From Longimicrobiales bacterium (GTDB taxonomy: Bacteria; Gemmatimonadota; Gemmatimonadetes; Longimicrobiales; RSA9), in assembly GCA_036563975.1 (NCBI GenBank), contig DATCLK010000025.1, positions 1 through 58,959 of the forward strand: a stretch of 58,959 bases of DNA, in the 5' to 3' direction. Below the pieces are notes generated by a model. The model was not told where the DNA came from, ran no database searches, and saw only the letters and a program-made list of their open reading frames with translations. Shown one piece after another: positions 1-9,530 of the stretch. Positions within the stretch are counted from its first letter, which is position 1, and every line of letters starts with the position of its first letter. Made by a program: the position numbers and the translations under genes.

Positions 1-123
1 ACTCCCACAGCGGCGCTCGCCTGATCATCCTTGCGGGCGCGCCGCCCAGGCGGCGCGCCTTCCCCGTGCCAGCAGACCCCGCTCCTTCGGGCGCGATCCC
101 GCCGAATCGGGGCTGGCTTCCCC

Positions 124-1851
124 TCACTCCGCCCGCGTGTCCAGCGCCTCGTACACGATCCTCCCGCCGACGATGGTGAGCAGGACCTTCAGGTCCTTGA
201 TCTCGGCGGGCGAGATACCGAACGGGTCGCGGTCGAGGACGACGATGTCGGCGAGCTTCCCTGGCTCGAGGGTCCCTTTGATCGCCTCCTCTCCCGCAGC
301 GTACGCGTTGTTCACCGTGTAGGCGCGGAGCGCGGTCTCGAGGCTGACGCGCTCCTCGGGGAACCAGCCGCCGGGCGGGTTGCCATCGAGCGTCTGTCGC
401 GTGACGGCGGCGTAGATGCCGAGCACGGGGCTGGCCGGATACCAGGACGCGTTGGTGCCGGGCCAGTCGCTGCCGAAGGAGAGCATGACGCCGGCGTCCT
501 CGAGGGTCTTGAAGGCGTAGGCCCAGCGCGCGCGCTCGCCGATGCGCTCTTCCATCCAGCGCATGTCGTCGATGGCGTGGTAGGGCTGGACCTCCGCGAT
601 GACGCCGAGCTCCGCCATGCGCCGGGCGACCTCGGGCCCGCGGATGACCTGCGTGTGGATCACGCGGAAGCGGCGAGGCTTCGGCCCGTTGGTCCGGATC
701 ACGTGCTCGTACATGTCGAGCAGCGTGTCGATCGCCTCGTCGCCGATGGCGTGGACCTGCGGCCAAAGGCCGGCGGAGTCGGCGCCGAGCAAGAGCGCCA
801 GCATGCCGGGCTCGTTCGCCACCATGTCGCGCCAGGAGCCGCGCACCCCGGTCGTGAGGTAGGGCTCGTAGAAGCGGGCGGAGGAGTTGCCCATGATCCC
901 ATCGACGAAGCCCTTGAGCCCGCCCACCTTGATCCACTCATCGCCAAAGCCGTGCGTGATGCCGACGGCGCGCAGCTCGTCCCACTTGTCGAGCGTGGGC
1001 CGTGCGTAGACGCGGACGGTCAGCTCGCCGCGGCGGCGTAGCTCTTCGTAGACCTGGAACTGCTCGGGCGGCGTGTTGTCGTGGATGGTGGTGACGCCGA
1101 ACTCGCGGAGCTGCGCGAGCGCCATGCGCGCTTCCGCGAGGCGCTGATCCAGGGACTTGGGAGGAATCGCGGCGCGGATGCGGGCCGCGGCCCGCGGCGA
1201 GAGCCGGCCGGTCGGGCGGCCGCCCTCGCACTCGACGCCATCCCACGTGCAGTCGGCGCCCGCGAGCTCGAGCGCGCGGCCGTTGGCGAGCCATACGGAG
1301 CGGTCCCACTTCGAGAGCAGCGCAGGCGTATTCGGCGTGATCGAGTCGATCATCGCGCGGTGCGGCCGGAAGGGCTCGGCCACGGTTCTCCGCTGCTCGC
1401 CTTCGCGGCCGGTCGCGCCCATGGCCCAATCCTCGTAGGCGCCCCAGTCGCCGCCGACGAGCCACGCGCCGGGGGGCATGCGGTCCCGCGCCTCGCGGAC
1501 GCGGCGGACGAGCCCGGCCTCGTCCGCGACGTCGAGCAGGTTCACGCCGAGCAGCAGCGCGCCGGCCTGCGCGAAGTGGGTGTGGTTGTCGATGAAGCCG
1601 GGCGCGATGAAGCGGCCGGGGAGCTCGATGACGCGGGTCGCGGGGCCGCGGTGCGCCGCCATCTGGGCGTCCGTGCCGACGGCGAGGATGCGCTCGCCGG
1701 CGATGGCGATGGCCGTGACCTCGCCCGTTGCGTTCGCGGCGCCGGTCCAGACCCTGGCCCCGGTGAGGATCAGGTCGGCGTGCTGGCCGTGGGCCGGGGC
1801 GGGGGCGAGGGCGAGGGCGAGGGCGGGCAGCAGCAGGGCTGCGGGGCGCAT
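124..1851 (-). CDS. secreted amidohydrolase-family metal-dependent hydrolase
   Basis: Protein-like 575-aa frame inside track ORF 124..2007. Signal peptide MRPAALLLPALALALAPAPAHG. Metal-binding-type motif IDNHTHF and C-terminal amidohydrolase-like segment (GSDWPG..., VVLDRDPF). Start placed at first ATG after the junk-like N-terminus. Confidence 0.8.
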   Translation of the reverse strand: MRPAALLLPALALALAPAPAHGQHADLILTGARVWTGAANATGEVTAIAIAGERILAVGTDAQMAAHRGPATRVIELPGRFIAPGFIDNHTHFAQAGALLLGVNLLDVADEAGLVRRVREARDRMPPGAWLVGGDWGAYEDWAMGATGREGEQRRTVAEPFRPHRAMIDSITPNTPALLSKWDRSVWLANGRALELAGADCTWDGVECEGGRPTGRLSPRAAARIRAAIPPKSLDQRLAEARMALAQLREFGVTTIHDNTPPEQFQVYEELRRRGELTVRVYARPTLDKWDELRAVGITHGFGDEWIKVGGLKGFVDGIMGNSSARFYEPYLTTGVRGSWRDMVANEPGMLALLLGADSAGLWPQVHAIGDEAIDTLLDMYEHVIRTNGPKPRRFRVIHTQVIRGPEVARRMAELGVIAEVQPYHAIDDMRWMEERIGERARWAYAFKTLEDAGVMLSFGSDWPGTNASWYPASPVLGIYAAVTRQTLDGNPPGGWFPEERVSLETALRAYTVNNAYAAGEEAIKGTLEPGKLADIVVLDRDPFGISPAEIKDLKVLLTIVGGRIVYEALDTRAE

Positions 1852-2003
1852 GGTCTGCCTCCCGGACGTGACAAGGCGCGTAAGTCGCGCGGGTGTCGCG
1901 TTGGTGGTGCGGCCGGCGGCGCGGATAGACCTCTCCCCCAGGAACCGCTGCCGGCTGTTGACGGTGGCCCCGTCGGAGCGGGCGGGCGCGGCCGGCGCGC
2001 GGA

Positions 2004-3218
2004 TCAACCTGTCCCGCCGGCGCGCCCCGGTGCAAGGGTACGGGCGATGCGGCGGATACCCTCGGCGAGCGTGTCCTCGCTGGCGGCGAAGGAGAGCCGG
2101 ACGAAGCGATCATCGCCGAAGGCGGAGCCGGGCACGAGCGCGACGCCGGCATCCTCGATCAGCTTGCGGCAGAGCGCGACGCTGCTGTCGACCTCACCCC
2201 CGAAAAAGCGGTCGACGCGGAAGAAGAGGTAGAAGGCGCCTTCCGGGTAGACGAACTCGGTGCCGGGCAGTAGCTCGCGGAAGAGCGTGACGACGCGGTC
2301 GCGGCGCCGTTGGAACGTGTCGCTCATGGCGCGGAGCTCGGCGGCGTGCTCGCCCTCGGCGCGGTAGGCGGCGAGCGCTGCGTACTGGGAGGGCGTCGCC
2401 GCCGCCGTGGTGATGTGGCTCTGGAGGGCGGCCATGTGGCGGGCGAGCTCGGGGCTCGAGTACGAGAACCCGATGCGCCAGCCGGTCATGGCGAAGGTCT
2501 TCGAGGCGCCGTCGATGATGACGCAGCGGTCGAGCGAGGCATCCGGCAGCTCGAGCAGGCTGGGCGCAGCGTCGGCGGTGAAGCAGATGCGGCTGTAGAT
2601 CTCGTCGCTGAGGATCCAGATGCCACGCTCGGCAGCCCAGCGGTCGATGGCCGCGAGCTCCTCACGCGTGTAGACCGCGCCCGTGGGGTTGCAGGGCGAG
2701 TTGAGGATGAGGCCGCGGGTGCGCTCGTCGGCGGCGGCGTCGAGATGCGCGGGCGTGACCTTGAAGCCGCGCGCGGGGTCGCCGTGGACCGGCACGGGCT
2801 CGGCGCGGGCGAGGCGCAGGATCTCGGGGTAGCTCGTCCAGTAGGGTGCAGGGAAGAGCACGCGGTCGCCCGGACCGAAGAGGACGAAGCAGGCGTTGAA
2901 GAGAGCCTGCTTGGCGCCGGCGCTGACGACGACCCCGGCGGGGTCGGCCTCGCGGCCCGTGCGCTGGGCGAGGTCGCGGGCGATGGCCTCGCGCAGGGGC
3001 TGGATGCCGGGCGCGGCGGCGTAGCGCGTGGCGCCCTGGTTGATGGCGTGGATGGCCGCGTCGCGGACGAACGCGGGAGTGTCGAAGTCGGGTTCGCCGG
3101 CGCTGAGGTCGATGATGTCCCGGCCGCGTGCGCGCAGCTCGCGCGCGAGCGCGGCGACGGCGACGGTGGCAGAGGGCTCGAGGCCCGCGATGTTCGGGCT
3201 GGTACGCAAGGTCGTCAT
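2004..3218 (-). CDS. class I/II PLP-dependent aminotransferase (aspartate aminotransferase-like)
   Basis: Start MTTLRTSPNIAGLEPSAT. Conserved aminotransferase blocks (NSPCNPTGAVY, SKTFAMTGWRIG with the PLP lysine, FVRLSFA). Convincing start is 22 codons inside the track ORF. Confidence 0.85.
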   Translation of the reverse strand: MTTLRTSPNIAGLEPSATVAVAALARELRARGRDIIDLSAGEPDFDTPAFVRDAAIHAINQGATRYAAAPGIQPLREAIARDLAQRTGREADPAGVVVSAGAKQALFNACFVLFGPGDRVLFPAPYWTSYPEILRLARAEPVPVHGDPARGFKVTPAHLDAAADERTRGLILNSPCNPTGAVYTREELAAIDRWAAERGIWILSDEIYSRICFTADAAPSLLELPDASLDRCVIIDGASKTFAMTGWRIGFSYSSPELARHMAALQSHITTAAATPSQYAALAAYRAEGEHAAELRAMSDTFQRRRDRVVTLFRELLPGTEFVYPEGAFYLFFRVDRFFGGEVDSSVALCRKLIEDAGVALVPGSAFGDDRFVRLSFAASEDTLAEGIRRIARTLAPGRAGGTG

Positions 3219-3394
3219 GCGCGATGTTCTCGTTTGGCGGTTTCGGAGCGGCGGGAATATGCCGGGGCGCGGGTGTAGCCACAAGACGGGCGGCTTGCCG
3301 GGGCGGGTGAGGCGGGTCAGATTGTGAGCGCTCGTGCAGACAGTGCCGATCGAGCAGGTGCCGCCGGAGCGGGCGGCTGGAGAGAACGGAGCCG

Positions 3395-3679
3395 ATGGCG
3401 GATTACGAACGGATCACGGCTGCAGCGGCGCGGGAGGCGCTGCGGCTCGCGGAAGAGGTGTTGACAGCGCGTTTGCCGCTGCGGAAGGTGAGCGAGGACA
3501 GGCATTCGATCACGTTGACGGGCGCGGACGGGTCGGTCACGATCCGCGTGCATCGTCACGGACCGGATACGCTGGTGCACGCATCCACGGACCAGCTCCG
3601 CACGTCACGACTGGACCTCGAGACGCAGTATTACCTGAACCGGCTGCCGTACCAGCCCGGGGACGTGCCGAAGCGCTGA
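3395..3679 (+). CDS. hypothetical small protein (94 aa)
   Basis: Balanced, non-Ala/Arg-rich composition. GGAG-type RBS a few nt upstream. No recognisable family. Confidence 0.4.
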   Translation: MADYERITAAAAREALRLAEEVLTARLPLRKVSEDRHSITLTGADGSVTIRVHRHGPDTLVHASTDQLRTSRLDLETQYYLNRLPYQPGDVPKR

Positions 3680-3901
3680 GCCGACGGGCGTCCAGCGGGG
3701 TGCGAGGCCGCGCGCCGCACGCCGGGTGGGCGGCTCGGTGCCGGCGTGGCGCCTTGTAGGTCGTCGGGGCCGGGCGGTCGTCGCGGCGACGGACGCGCGA
3801 CGGCCCGCGCCTGCGTTGCCGCGCGTTTCCGCGTGGCGCAGGCGCGGGCCGTTTTCTTGCGCGGGGGCCGGTTGGGTGCGCGGGGCCGGCCGCGGGCGGC
3901 C

Positions 3902-5341
3902 TCAGTCGATGCCGGCGCTCGGCTCGACCTCGGCCGGTGATGGCGCGGCGGCGCGCCGCTCCTCGAGCAGCGCGTTGGTTTCCCTGACAACGACGCCGGA
4001 GAGCAGGATGAGGCCGATCAGGTTGGGGATGGCCATGGCGCCGTTCATGATGTCGCTGAACGTCCAGACGAGCTGGAAGCCGGTGGTGTGCTCGAGCTCG
4101 AGGACCCAACAGCCGACGAAGGTCGCGATGACGAAGAGGACGCGGTAGGGGATGATGGCGCGGACGCCGAGCAGGTACTCGATGGCGCGCTCGCCGTAGT
4201 AAGCCCAGCCGAGGACGGTGGAGAAGGCGAAGAGGGCGAGGCCGATGGAGACGATGTGCTGGCCCCACTCGCCGGGGAGGCCGGTCTGGAAAGCGGCCAT
4301 GGTGAGCGGCGCGCCGGTGAGCGCCTGGCCGGTCAGGGGGTCGGTCCGAGTCCACGCGCCGGTGGCGATGATGGTCAAGCCGGTAATGGAGCAGACAATG
4401 ATCGTGTCGATGAAGGTCTGGGTCATCGAGACGAGGGCCTGGCTCGCAGGGTGACGGGTCTGGGCCGCTGCGGCGGCGATGCCGCCGGTGCCCAGGCCGG
4501 ATTCGTTGGAGAAGACGCCGCGGGCGAAGCCCCAGCGGACCGCGTCTCGCACGCTCGCGCCGAGGAAGCCGCCGATGGGCGCGGCCGGGGTGAAGGCCTC
4601 GCTGAGCACGTAGACGACCATCGAGGGGATGCCGCGCCAGTTGATGAGGAGGACGAGCAGGCCGCCGGCGATGTAGAACAAGATCATGAAGGGGACGAAG
4701 AAGCTCGTCACGCGGCCGATGCTCTTGATGCCGCCGAGGATGGTGAGTGCGGCGAAGGCGGCGAGAATGACGCCGGTCCAGAGTGGCGGCATGTTGAAGG
4801 AGCTGCGCAACGCGTCGGCCACGGAGTTGGCCTGGACCATGTTGCCGATGCCGAAGGCGGCGATGGCGGCAAAGAGTGCGAAGAGGAAGCCGAGGGTCTT
4901 GCCGAATGGTCCGCCGATGCCGCGGGAGAGGTAGTACATGGGTCCGCCGGCCATGTTGCCGAGGGCGTCGACGACGCGGTAGCGGACGCCGAGCACGGCC
5001 TCGGAGTACTTGGTGGCCATGCCGAAGAGGCCGGTGACCCACATCCAGAAGAGGGCGCCGGGTCCACCGGAGGCGATGGCGGTGGCGACGCCTGCGATGT
5101 TCCCGACGCCGACCGTCGCGGCGAGGGCGGTCATGAGGGCCTGGAAGTGGGAGATGTCGCCCTCAGCGCCCTCCTCCTTTCGCTTGATGAAGGCGAGCCA
5201 GAGCGAGTGCTTGAGCTCGCGGAACTGGAGGCCGCGCAGCAGGATGGTGAGGAAGACGCCGGTGCCCACCAGGAGCAGGATGGTGGGGAGGCCCCAGACG
5301 ATGTTGCTGATGCGGGCGAGGAAGAGCTGCGCGTTCTCCAT
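3902..5341 (-). CDS. sodium:alanine symporter family (AGCS) amino-acid carrier
   Basis: Start [30 protein letters not shown]. Multiple TM segments and AgcS-like blocks ([25 protein letters not shown]). ATG at 5339-5341. The track ORF has 35 extra upstream codons. Confidence 0.9.
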   Translation of the reverse strand: MENAQLFLARISNIVWGLPTILLLVGTGVFLTILLRGLQFRELKHSLWLAFIKRKEEGAEGDISHFQALMTALAATVGVGNIAGVATAIASGGPGALFWMWVTGLFGMATKYSEAVLGVRYRVVDALGNMAGGPMYYLSRGIGGPFGKTLGFLFALFAAIAAFGIGNMVQANSVADALRSSFNMPPLWTGVILAAFAALTILGGIKSIGRVTSFFVPFMILFYIAGGLLVLLINWRGIPSMVVYVLSEAFTPAAPIGGFLGASVRDAVRWGFARGVFSNESGLGTGGIAAAAAQTRHPASQALVSMTQTFIDTIIVCSITGLTIIATGAWTRTDPLTGQALTGAPLTMAAFQTGLPGEWGQHIVSIGLALFAFSTVLGWAYYGERAIEYLLGVRAIIPYRVLFVIATFVGCWVLELEHTTGFQLVWTFSDIMNGAMAIPNLIGLILLSGVVVRETNALLEERRAAAPSPAEVEPSAGID

Positions 5342-5464
5342 GATGCTCCCGTCGGCGGAGTTGTTTTTTGGCGAGAATGCCTCGAAGCTAAGCGCCTGGG
5401 CGCCAAGATCGCAAGCGTGTATATTTGCAGGAATCCTTGTCAGCACGTGTGATGTGAGCTGGAG

Positions 5465-6994
5465 ATGGCGGAGACGTTTGCCGACCTGGGGTTGAAGCCG
5501 GAGCTGGTGGAGGCGGTGCGGGCCGCGGGATACGAGGCGCCGGCGCCATTGCAGCGGAGCGCTGTGCCGGTGCTGCGGCGGGGAGGCAACGCGGTGCTCT
5601 ACGCCTCGCCCGGCGCCGGGGTGGTGGCGGCGTACGGGTTGGGGCTGCTGGACCGGCTGGTCGGGACGGAACGGGGACAGGGGCCGCGGGCGCTGGTGGT
5701 GACCGGGAGTGATGCTGCGGCGGGGCGGATCGCGCTGTCGCTCGCGCGGCTGGGGCGGAGGGCCGGGGTGACCGTCGCGGCGGTGGGTCCAGGCTGGGCG
5801 CCCGGGGTTCCGGCGGTGGTGGTGGCGGCGGTGGACTCGGCGTTGCGGGAGGTGGAGGCGTCGCGGCTGAAGCTGGAGTCGCTGGAGGTGTTCGTCCTGG
5901 ATTCAGCGGCGGCGGTCTTCGCGCTCGGGTTCCGTGACATGGTGGAGACGCTCATGGTCTCGGTGCCGCGGGACGCGCAGCGCGTGGTGGTGACGGCGGA
6001 GGCGACGCCGGATGTGGAGAGTTACATCGAGCGGCACGTGCGGCGGGCGCTGTGGATCCCGGGCCGGCCCGCTGTGGGTGTGGAGGCGACGCCGACCCGG
6101 GGGGTGCTGCGGTACGCCGTCGCGCCGGATGGCCGCGAAGCGGAAGTGCTCGCGGAGCTGATCGCGAGCGGCGCGGTGCGGCTGCCGGCGGCGGTGCACT
6201 GCCGGACGAGGGCGGGGGCGGAAGCAGCGGCGCAGGCACTCGAGCTGCGCGGCTTCGCGCCGGGCGTCGTGGAGGCGGGAGTCGGGGGTGCGGTGTTCGG
6301 GCTGGCGGCCGAGCCCGGCGCCGCGGAGGCGGCGGAGGGACAGACGGTGGTGAGCTACGACGTGCCGTTCGATGCGGCAACGCTGGCGGAACGGCACGGC
6401 GGTGGAGGTGTGGTCCTGGTGCTCGCGCGCGAGTTGCCTCACCTGAGGCAGCTCGCGGCCGAGGCGGGCTTCACGCTCGAGGCGGTGGGCGGAGAGGCCG
6501 CGCTCGGGCGCGGGGACCTGGACGCGTATCGCGCATTGGTGCGCCGCGCGGTGCGCGAGGAGGACCTGGCCGCTCAGATCCTCGTGCTCGAGCCATTGCT
6601 CTCGGAGCTCTCGGCGGTGGAGGTCGCGGCCGCGCTTAGCGCGCTGCTGCGGCGGCGGGCGCCCATTGCCGCGGCAGCGCCCACGGCGGCAGCGCCGGCC
6701 GGCCCGGGGCCGCGACCGTGGGTCAGGCTGTTCGTCAGCGCGGGTCAGCGCGACCACATTCGCCCGGGCGACCTCGTGGGCGCGATCACCGGAGAGGCGG
6801 GCATCACGGGGGAGGAGGTGGGACGGATCGACATCCGGGACACGTTCTCCATCGTGGAGGTCGCGGCGGAGTCCGCGGAGCGCGTGATCCAGGCGTTGAA
6901 CGGGGTGACGCTGAAGGGGCGGAGCCTGCGCGTGGATTACGACCGCAGGCCGGCGCAAGCGCCACGCCGACCGCGCGGGGCCGGCGGGAGCTGA
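5465..6994 (+). CDS. DEAD-box helicase-like protein with degenerate catalytic motifs and a C-terminal DbpA-type RNA-binding domain (probable pseudo-helicase)
   Basis: N-terminus aligns to the DEAD-box Q-motif region (FADLGL...GYEAPAPLQ...AVP). The Walker A position reads SPGAG instead of GSGKT. The DEAD position reads VLDSAA. The SAT position reads TAEAT. The C-terminus ([49 protein letters not shown]...LKGRSLRV) matches the DbpA/DeaD RRM-like RNA-binding domain. The 509-aa frame is intact. Confidence 0.75.
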   Translation: MAETFADLGLKPELVEAVRAAGYEAPAPLQRSAVPVLRRGGNAVLYASPGAGVVAAYGLGLLDRLVGTERGQGPRALVVTGSDAAAGRIALSLARLGRRAGVTVAAVGPGWAPGVPAVVVAAVDSALREVEASRLKLESLEVFVLDSAAAVFALGFRDMVETLMVSVPRDAQRVVVTAEATPDVESYIERHVRRALWIPGRPAVGVEATPTRGVLRYAVAPDGREAEVLAELIASGAVRLPAAVHCRTRAGAEAAAQALELRGFAPGVVEAGVGGAVFGLAAEPGAAEAAEGQTVVSYDVPFDAATLAERHGGGGVVLVLARELPHLRQLAAEAGFTLEAVGGEAALGRGDLDAYRALVRRAVREEDLAAQILVLEPLLSELSAVEVAAALSALLRRRAPIAAAAPTAAAPAGPGPRPWVRLFVSAGQRDHIRPGDLVGAITGEAGITGEEVGRIDIRDTFSIVEVAAESAERVIQALNGVTLKGRSLRVDYDRRPAQAPRRPRGAGGS

Positions 6995-7034
6995 GGGCGG
7001 AGAGGAGTCGTCGCGAGGGCAGGCCAGAACGCAC

Positions 7035-7067
7035 GAGAGCCACGTCGCCGGGAGGGACGTGGCTCTC
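7035..7067. terminator. GC-rich perfect hairpin between convergent genes (candidate bidirectional terminator)
   Basis: Stems gagagccacgtc / gacgtggctctc (12 bp) around a 9-nt loop. Sits 40 nt after the helicase-like gene stop and 40 nt after the HU stop on the other strand. On the minus strand it is followed by GUGCGUUCU. Confidence 0.5.
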
Positions 7068-7107
7068 GTCGTCGCTGCGCCGCGCGAAACCCCGCTTCGG
7101 CGCTCCT

Positions 7108-7395
7108 CTAGCGCTTGACGGCGTCCTTGAGGCCCTTGCCAGCGCGGAAGGAGGGACTCGTCGTCGGGCCGATCCGGATCTCCTTACCGGTGCGCGGATT
7201 GCGGCCGGTGCGCGCCTTGCGCTTCTTGGTCTCGAAGGTGCCGAAGCCCGTGATCTGCACGCGGTCGCCCTTGCGGAGAGCGGTGGCGATGATGCCGCCG
7301 CTCACGCCGAAGAGCGCCTCGACCGCGCGGGACGCATCGGCCTTGCTCAACTTGCCCTTGTTGGCCAGGGCTTGGATCAGCTCGGACTTGTTCAT
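7108..7395 (-). CDS. hup: HU-family nucleoid-associated DNA-binding protein
   Basis: MNKSELIQALANKGKLSKADASRAVEALF...RVQITGFGTFETKKRKARTGRNPRTGKEIRI is a canonical HU/IHF fold sequence. ATG at 7393-7395. Confidence 0.9.
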   Translation of the reverse strand: MNKSELIQALANKGKLSKADASRAVEALFGVSGGIIATALRKGDRVQITGFGTFETKKRKARTGRNPRTGKEIRIGPTTSPSFRAGKGLKDAVKR

Positions 7396-7696
7396 GACGT
7401 CGCTCCCCCCGAAGTGATGAAGTGTTGCGTGCGTCTCGCGCCCGCACTCGGCACGGGCGGCACCAGGTCCCCGCCCGGCATCCAGGGGACGGTGTGGAGT
7501 GCCTGCCCTTGCGCAGGCTCCGCCGCAATGGTCAATTCAGAGGTCCGGCACCACGCGGGTCACCGGACCGGACACGAACTGAAGCACCTGAGAAAATCGA
7601 AGATACAGTAGAGAGCGGTAGGAAGGCCGTCAAGAGAGTCGTTGCGGCGCTCGACGCTCGCGGTCGATCCGCTCGGGGCGGCTCGCCTTTCGAGGA

Positions 7697-9115
7697 TTGT
7701 TGAACTCACCACAACCAGGGCGTACCGAGGGAGAGGTGCGGCGCGACCCGGTCGGGGGACGGGGACAGCGCGAACTGGACATCGCGCGGGAGATCGCACA
7801 GGCGTTCCTGAATGCGACGCGCGCGGTCGAGGTGTACCGTCTCGCGCTGGCGCGTGTCACGCCGCTGGTGGGAGCGACCTTCAGCTCCGTGTTTCTGCGT
7901 GACCCCGCCGAGCCGCAGTTGCTCAAGCTGGCGTGTGCGCAGAACTGGCCGCAGTCCTCGGCCCGCTTCCTCGGCCAGCTCCGGATCCGGGTCGGCCGCG
8001 GGCCGACGGGCCGGGCGGTGGAGGAGGGGCGCCCGATCGCCGTCGAGGATGTGTTCGCGGATCCGGCGCTGCTGGAGTGGTGGGAGCCGGCGCGGGAGCT
8101 CGGGTTCACGTCGTTGATCTCGCTGCCATTGCGGGTGCGGAGCGAGACGGTCGGCGCACTGAGCTTCTACTTCGAGCGGCAGCACCGCTTCGGCGAGGCG
8201 GAGTACGAGCTCCTGGAGCTGGTCGCGAACCAGCTCGCGGCGGCGGCGGAACGGGCGCAGTTGCTGGAGGACCTGCAGCAGGCGAACGCACAGCTCCAGC
8301 GGCAGAACGTGGAGCTGGCGGCGCGCGTCGAGGAAGCGGAGCAGGCGCGGCGGCTGAAGGAAGAGTTCCTGGCCAACATGAGCCACGAGCTGCGGACGCC
8401 GCTCACCGCGATCATGGGGTACGCGTACCTGCTGGCCGAGGGTCATACCGGCCCGCTGACGGAGCAGCAGGTGCAGTGCGTCCGGAAGATCGAGCGTGCG
8501 GGGACGGCGCTGCTCCGGCTGATCAGCGACCTGCTGGATCTCTCGCAACTCAAGCTGGGCCGCGCGCGGCTCGAGATCGCAGTGCACGATGCGGCGGCGC
8601 TCGCACGTCGCGCGGTGGAGATGGCGGGCGAACCTGCGCCGGGCGTCGTCTTCCGGCTGGTCGAAGAGGAGCCGCCGTTGCCCGTGGAGACGGACGCCGA
8701 GAAGGTGGTCAAGATCCTCGAGAACCTGCTGACCAACGCGTTCAAGTTCACGGCGGCAGGCGAGGTGAAGCTGACCGTCCGGCGCGGGCCAGCGGGGAAG
8801 GCGGCGTGGCCCGAGGCGGCGAGCCGCGGCGGGCCGGCAGAGCCGGCGACGGGCGGGTGGGTGGAATGGGCGGTCCAGGATACGGGCATCGGGATCGATG
8901 CCAGGGACCTGCCCATCATTTTCGACGAGTTCCGGCAGGTGGACGGCTCCTCGACGCGCCTGTACGGCGGGACGGGTCTGGGTCTGGCGCTGTCGCAGCG
9001 GCTGGCGCGGCTGCTGGGCGGCGAGATCACGGTGGAGAGCGAGCCGGGCCGCGGCTCCACCTTCACGCTGAGGCTGCCGGCGGCGCCCGTAGCGGCGGGC
9101 ATGCCAACGGCGTGA
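7697..9115 (+). CDS. GAF-domain sensor histidine kinase (cytoplasmic)
   Basis: N-terminal GAF-like region. Coiled linker. H-box EFLANMSHELRTPL. N, G1 and G2 boxes (NLLTNAFKFT, QDTGIGID, GGTGLGLALSQRLARLLGG). Start uncertain: the track start is TTG at 7697, with an alternative GTG at 7736. Confidence 0.8.
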   Translation: MLNSPQPGRTEGEVRRDPVGGRGQRELDIAREIAQAFLNATRAVEVYRLALARVTPLVGATFSSVFLRDPAEPQLLKLACAQNWPQSSARFLGQLRIRVGRGPTGRAVEEGRPIAVEDVFADPALLEWWEPARELGFTSLISLPLRVRSETVGALSFYFERQHRFGEAEYELLELVANQLAAAAERAQLLEDLQQANAQLQRQNVELAARVEEAEQARRLKEEFLANMSHELRTPLTAIMGYAYLLAEGHTGPLTEQQVQCVRKIERAGTALLRLISDLLDLSQLKLGRARLEIAVHDAAALARRAVEMAGEPAPGVVFRLVEEEPPLPVETDAEKVVKILENLLTNAFKFTAAGEVKLTVRRGPAGKAAWPEAASRGGPAEPATGGWVEWAVQDTGIGIDARDLPIIFDEFRQVDGSSTRLYGGTGLGLALSQRLARLLGGEITVESEPGRGSTFTLRLPAAPVAAGMPTA

Positions 9116-9335
9116 TGCCGCGGCACGCCGGGGTGGCGTGCAGACCCGGCCCCGGGCCGCCGCTGTCCATTCATCGCGCAATACCAATCGCGCATGCCGA
9201 TCGAGTGATGCCGCAGCGCGGCGGCGCAGAGTGCAGACCCGGTCCAGTAGGCCGCCGACCGTTTAGCGCGCATGCCAACCGACTGACACCGCAGCCCGCC
9301 GGTGCGGAGCGGCGTCGCCGTCCGCGCCGGGCTTG
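9100..9335. repeat. three degenerate tandem direct repeats of about 80-93 bp
   Basis: Units begin CATGCC at 9100, 9193 and 9271. R1 and R2 share GTGCAGACCCGG and CCGCCG. All three share CATGCCRAYCGRSTGAYRCCGCRGC. The first unit overlaps the last codons of the histidine kinase. The overlapping junk ORF shows a 3x peptide periodicity (HANGVMPRHAGVACRPGPG / HADRVMPQRGGAECRPGPV / HANRLTPQPAGAERRRRP). Confidence 0.55.
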
Positions 9336-9530
9336 CGGTCCCACGCCCCCGCGGGCGCGCACGCCCCCCGATCCGTGATGGAACCAGCACAGCCACCAGG
9401 ACGCACGCGACGGGTCGCCGCGTCGGAATGTCGTCTCCGCCTCACCCGCTGCGCCACCGCGCCGACACGATCGGCACGCATACCGCGCTTCGCCGCGGCG
9501 GGGGGCCTGGTCAGGTCACGGGCTGCGGCT

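Noticed and set aside
31-2232. Long plus-strand ORFs (31..1041, 1081..2232, 1478..2290) and minus-strand 938..2152
   Set aside because: Antisense or overlapping to the amidohydrolase gene, with Arg/Ala/Gly-rich composition. No motifs.
3537-5042. 501-aa and 454-aa ORFs (3537..5042 minus, 4088..5452 plus) overlapping the symporter gene
   Set aside because: Arg/Pro/His- or Gly/Asp/Ala/Glu-rich low-complexity translations, antisense or frame-shifted relative to a clearly real transporter gene. Typical GC artefacts.
5428-5456. Sigma70-like promoter (TTGCAG-17-TGTGAT) in the AT-richer divergent region before the helicase-like gene
   Set aside because: The spacing to the start codon is very short and the consensus for this lineage is unknown. 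It is a weak by-eye match only.
7706-9187. 493-aa minus-strand ORF antisense to the GAF histidine kinase
   Set aside because: Composition is dominated by R/P/L/Q repeats. The sense strand carries a complete set of kinase motifs.
9100-9335. CRISPR array
   Set aside because: Only three units, with highly degenerate repeats and no unique-spacer/constant-repeat architecture. No cas genes are present.
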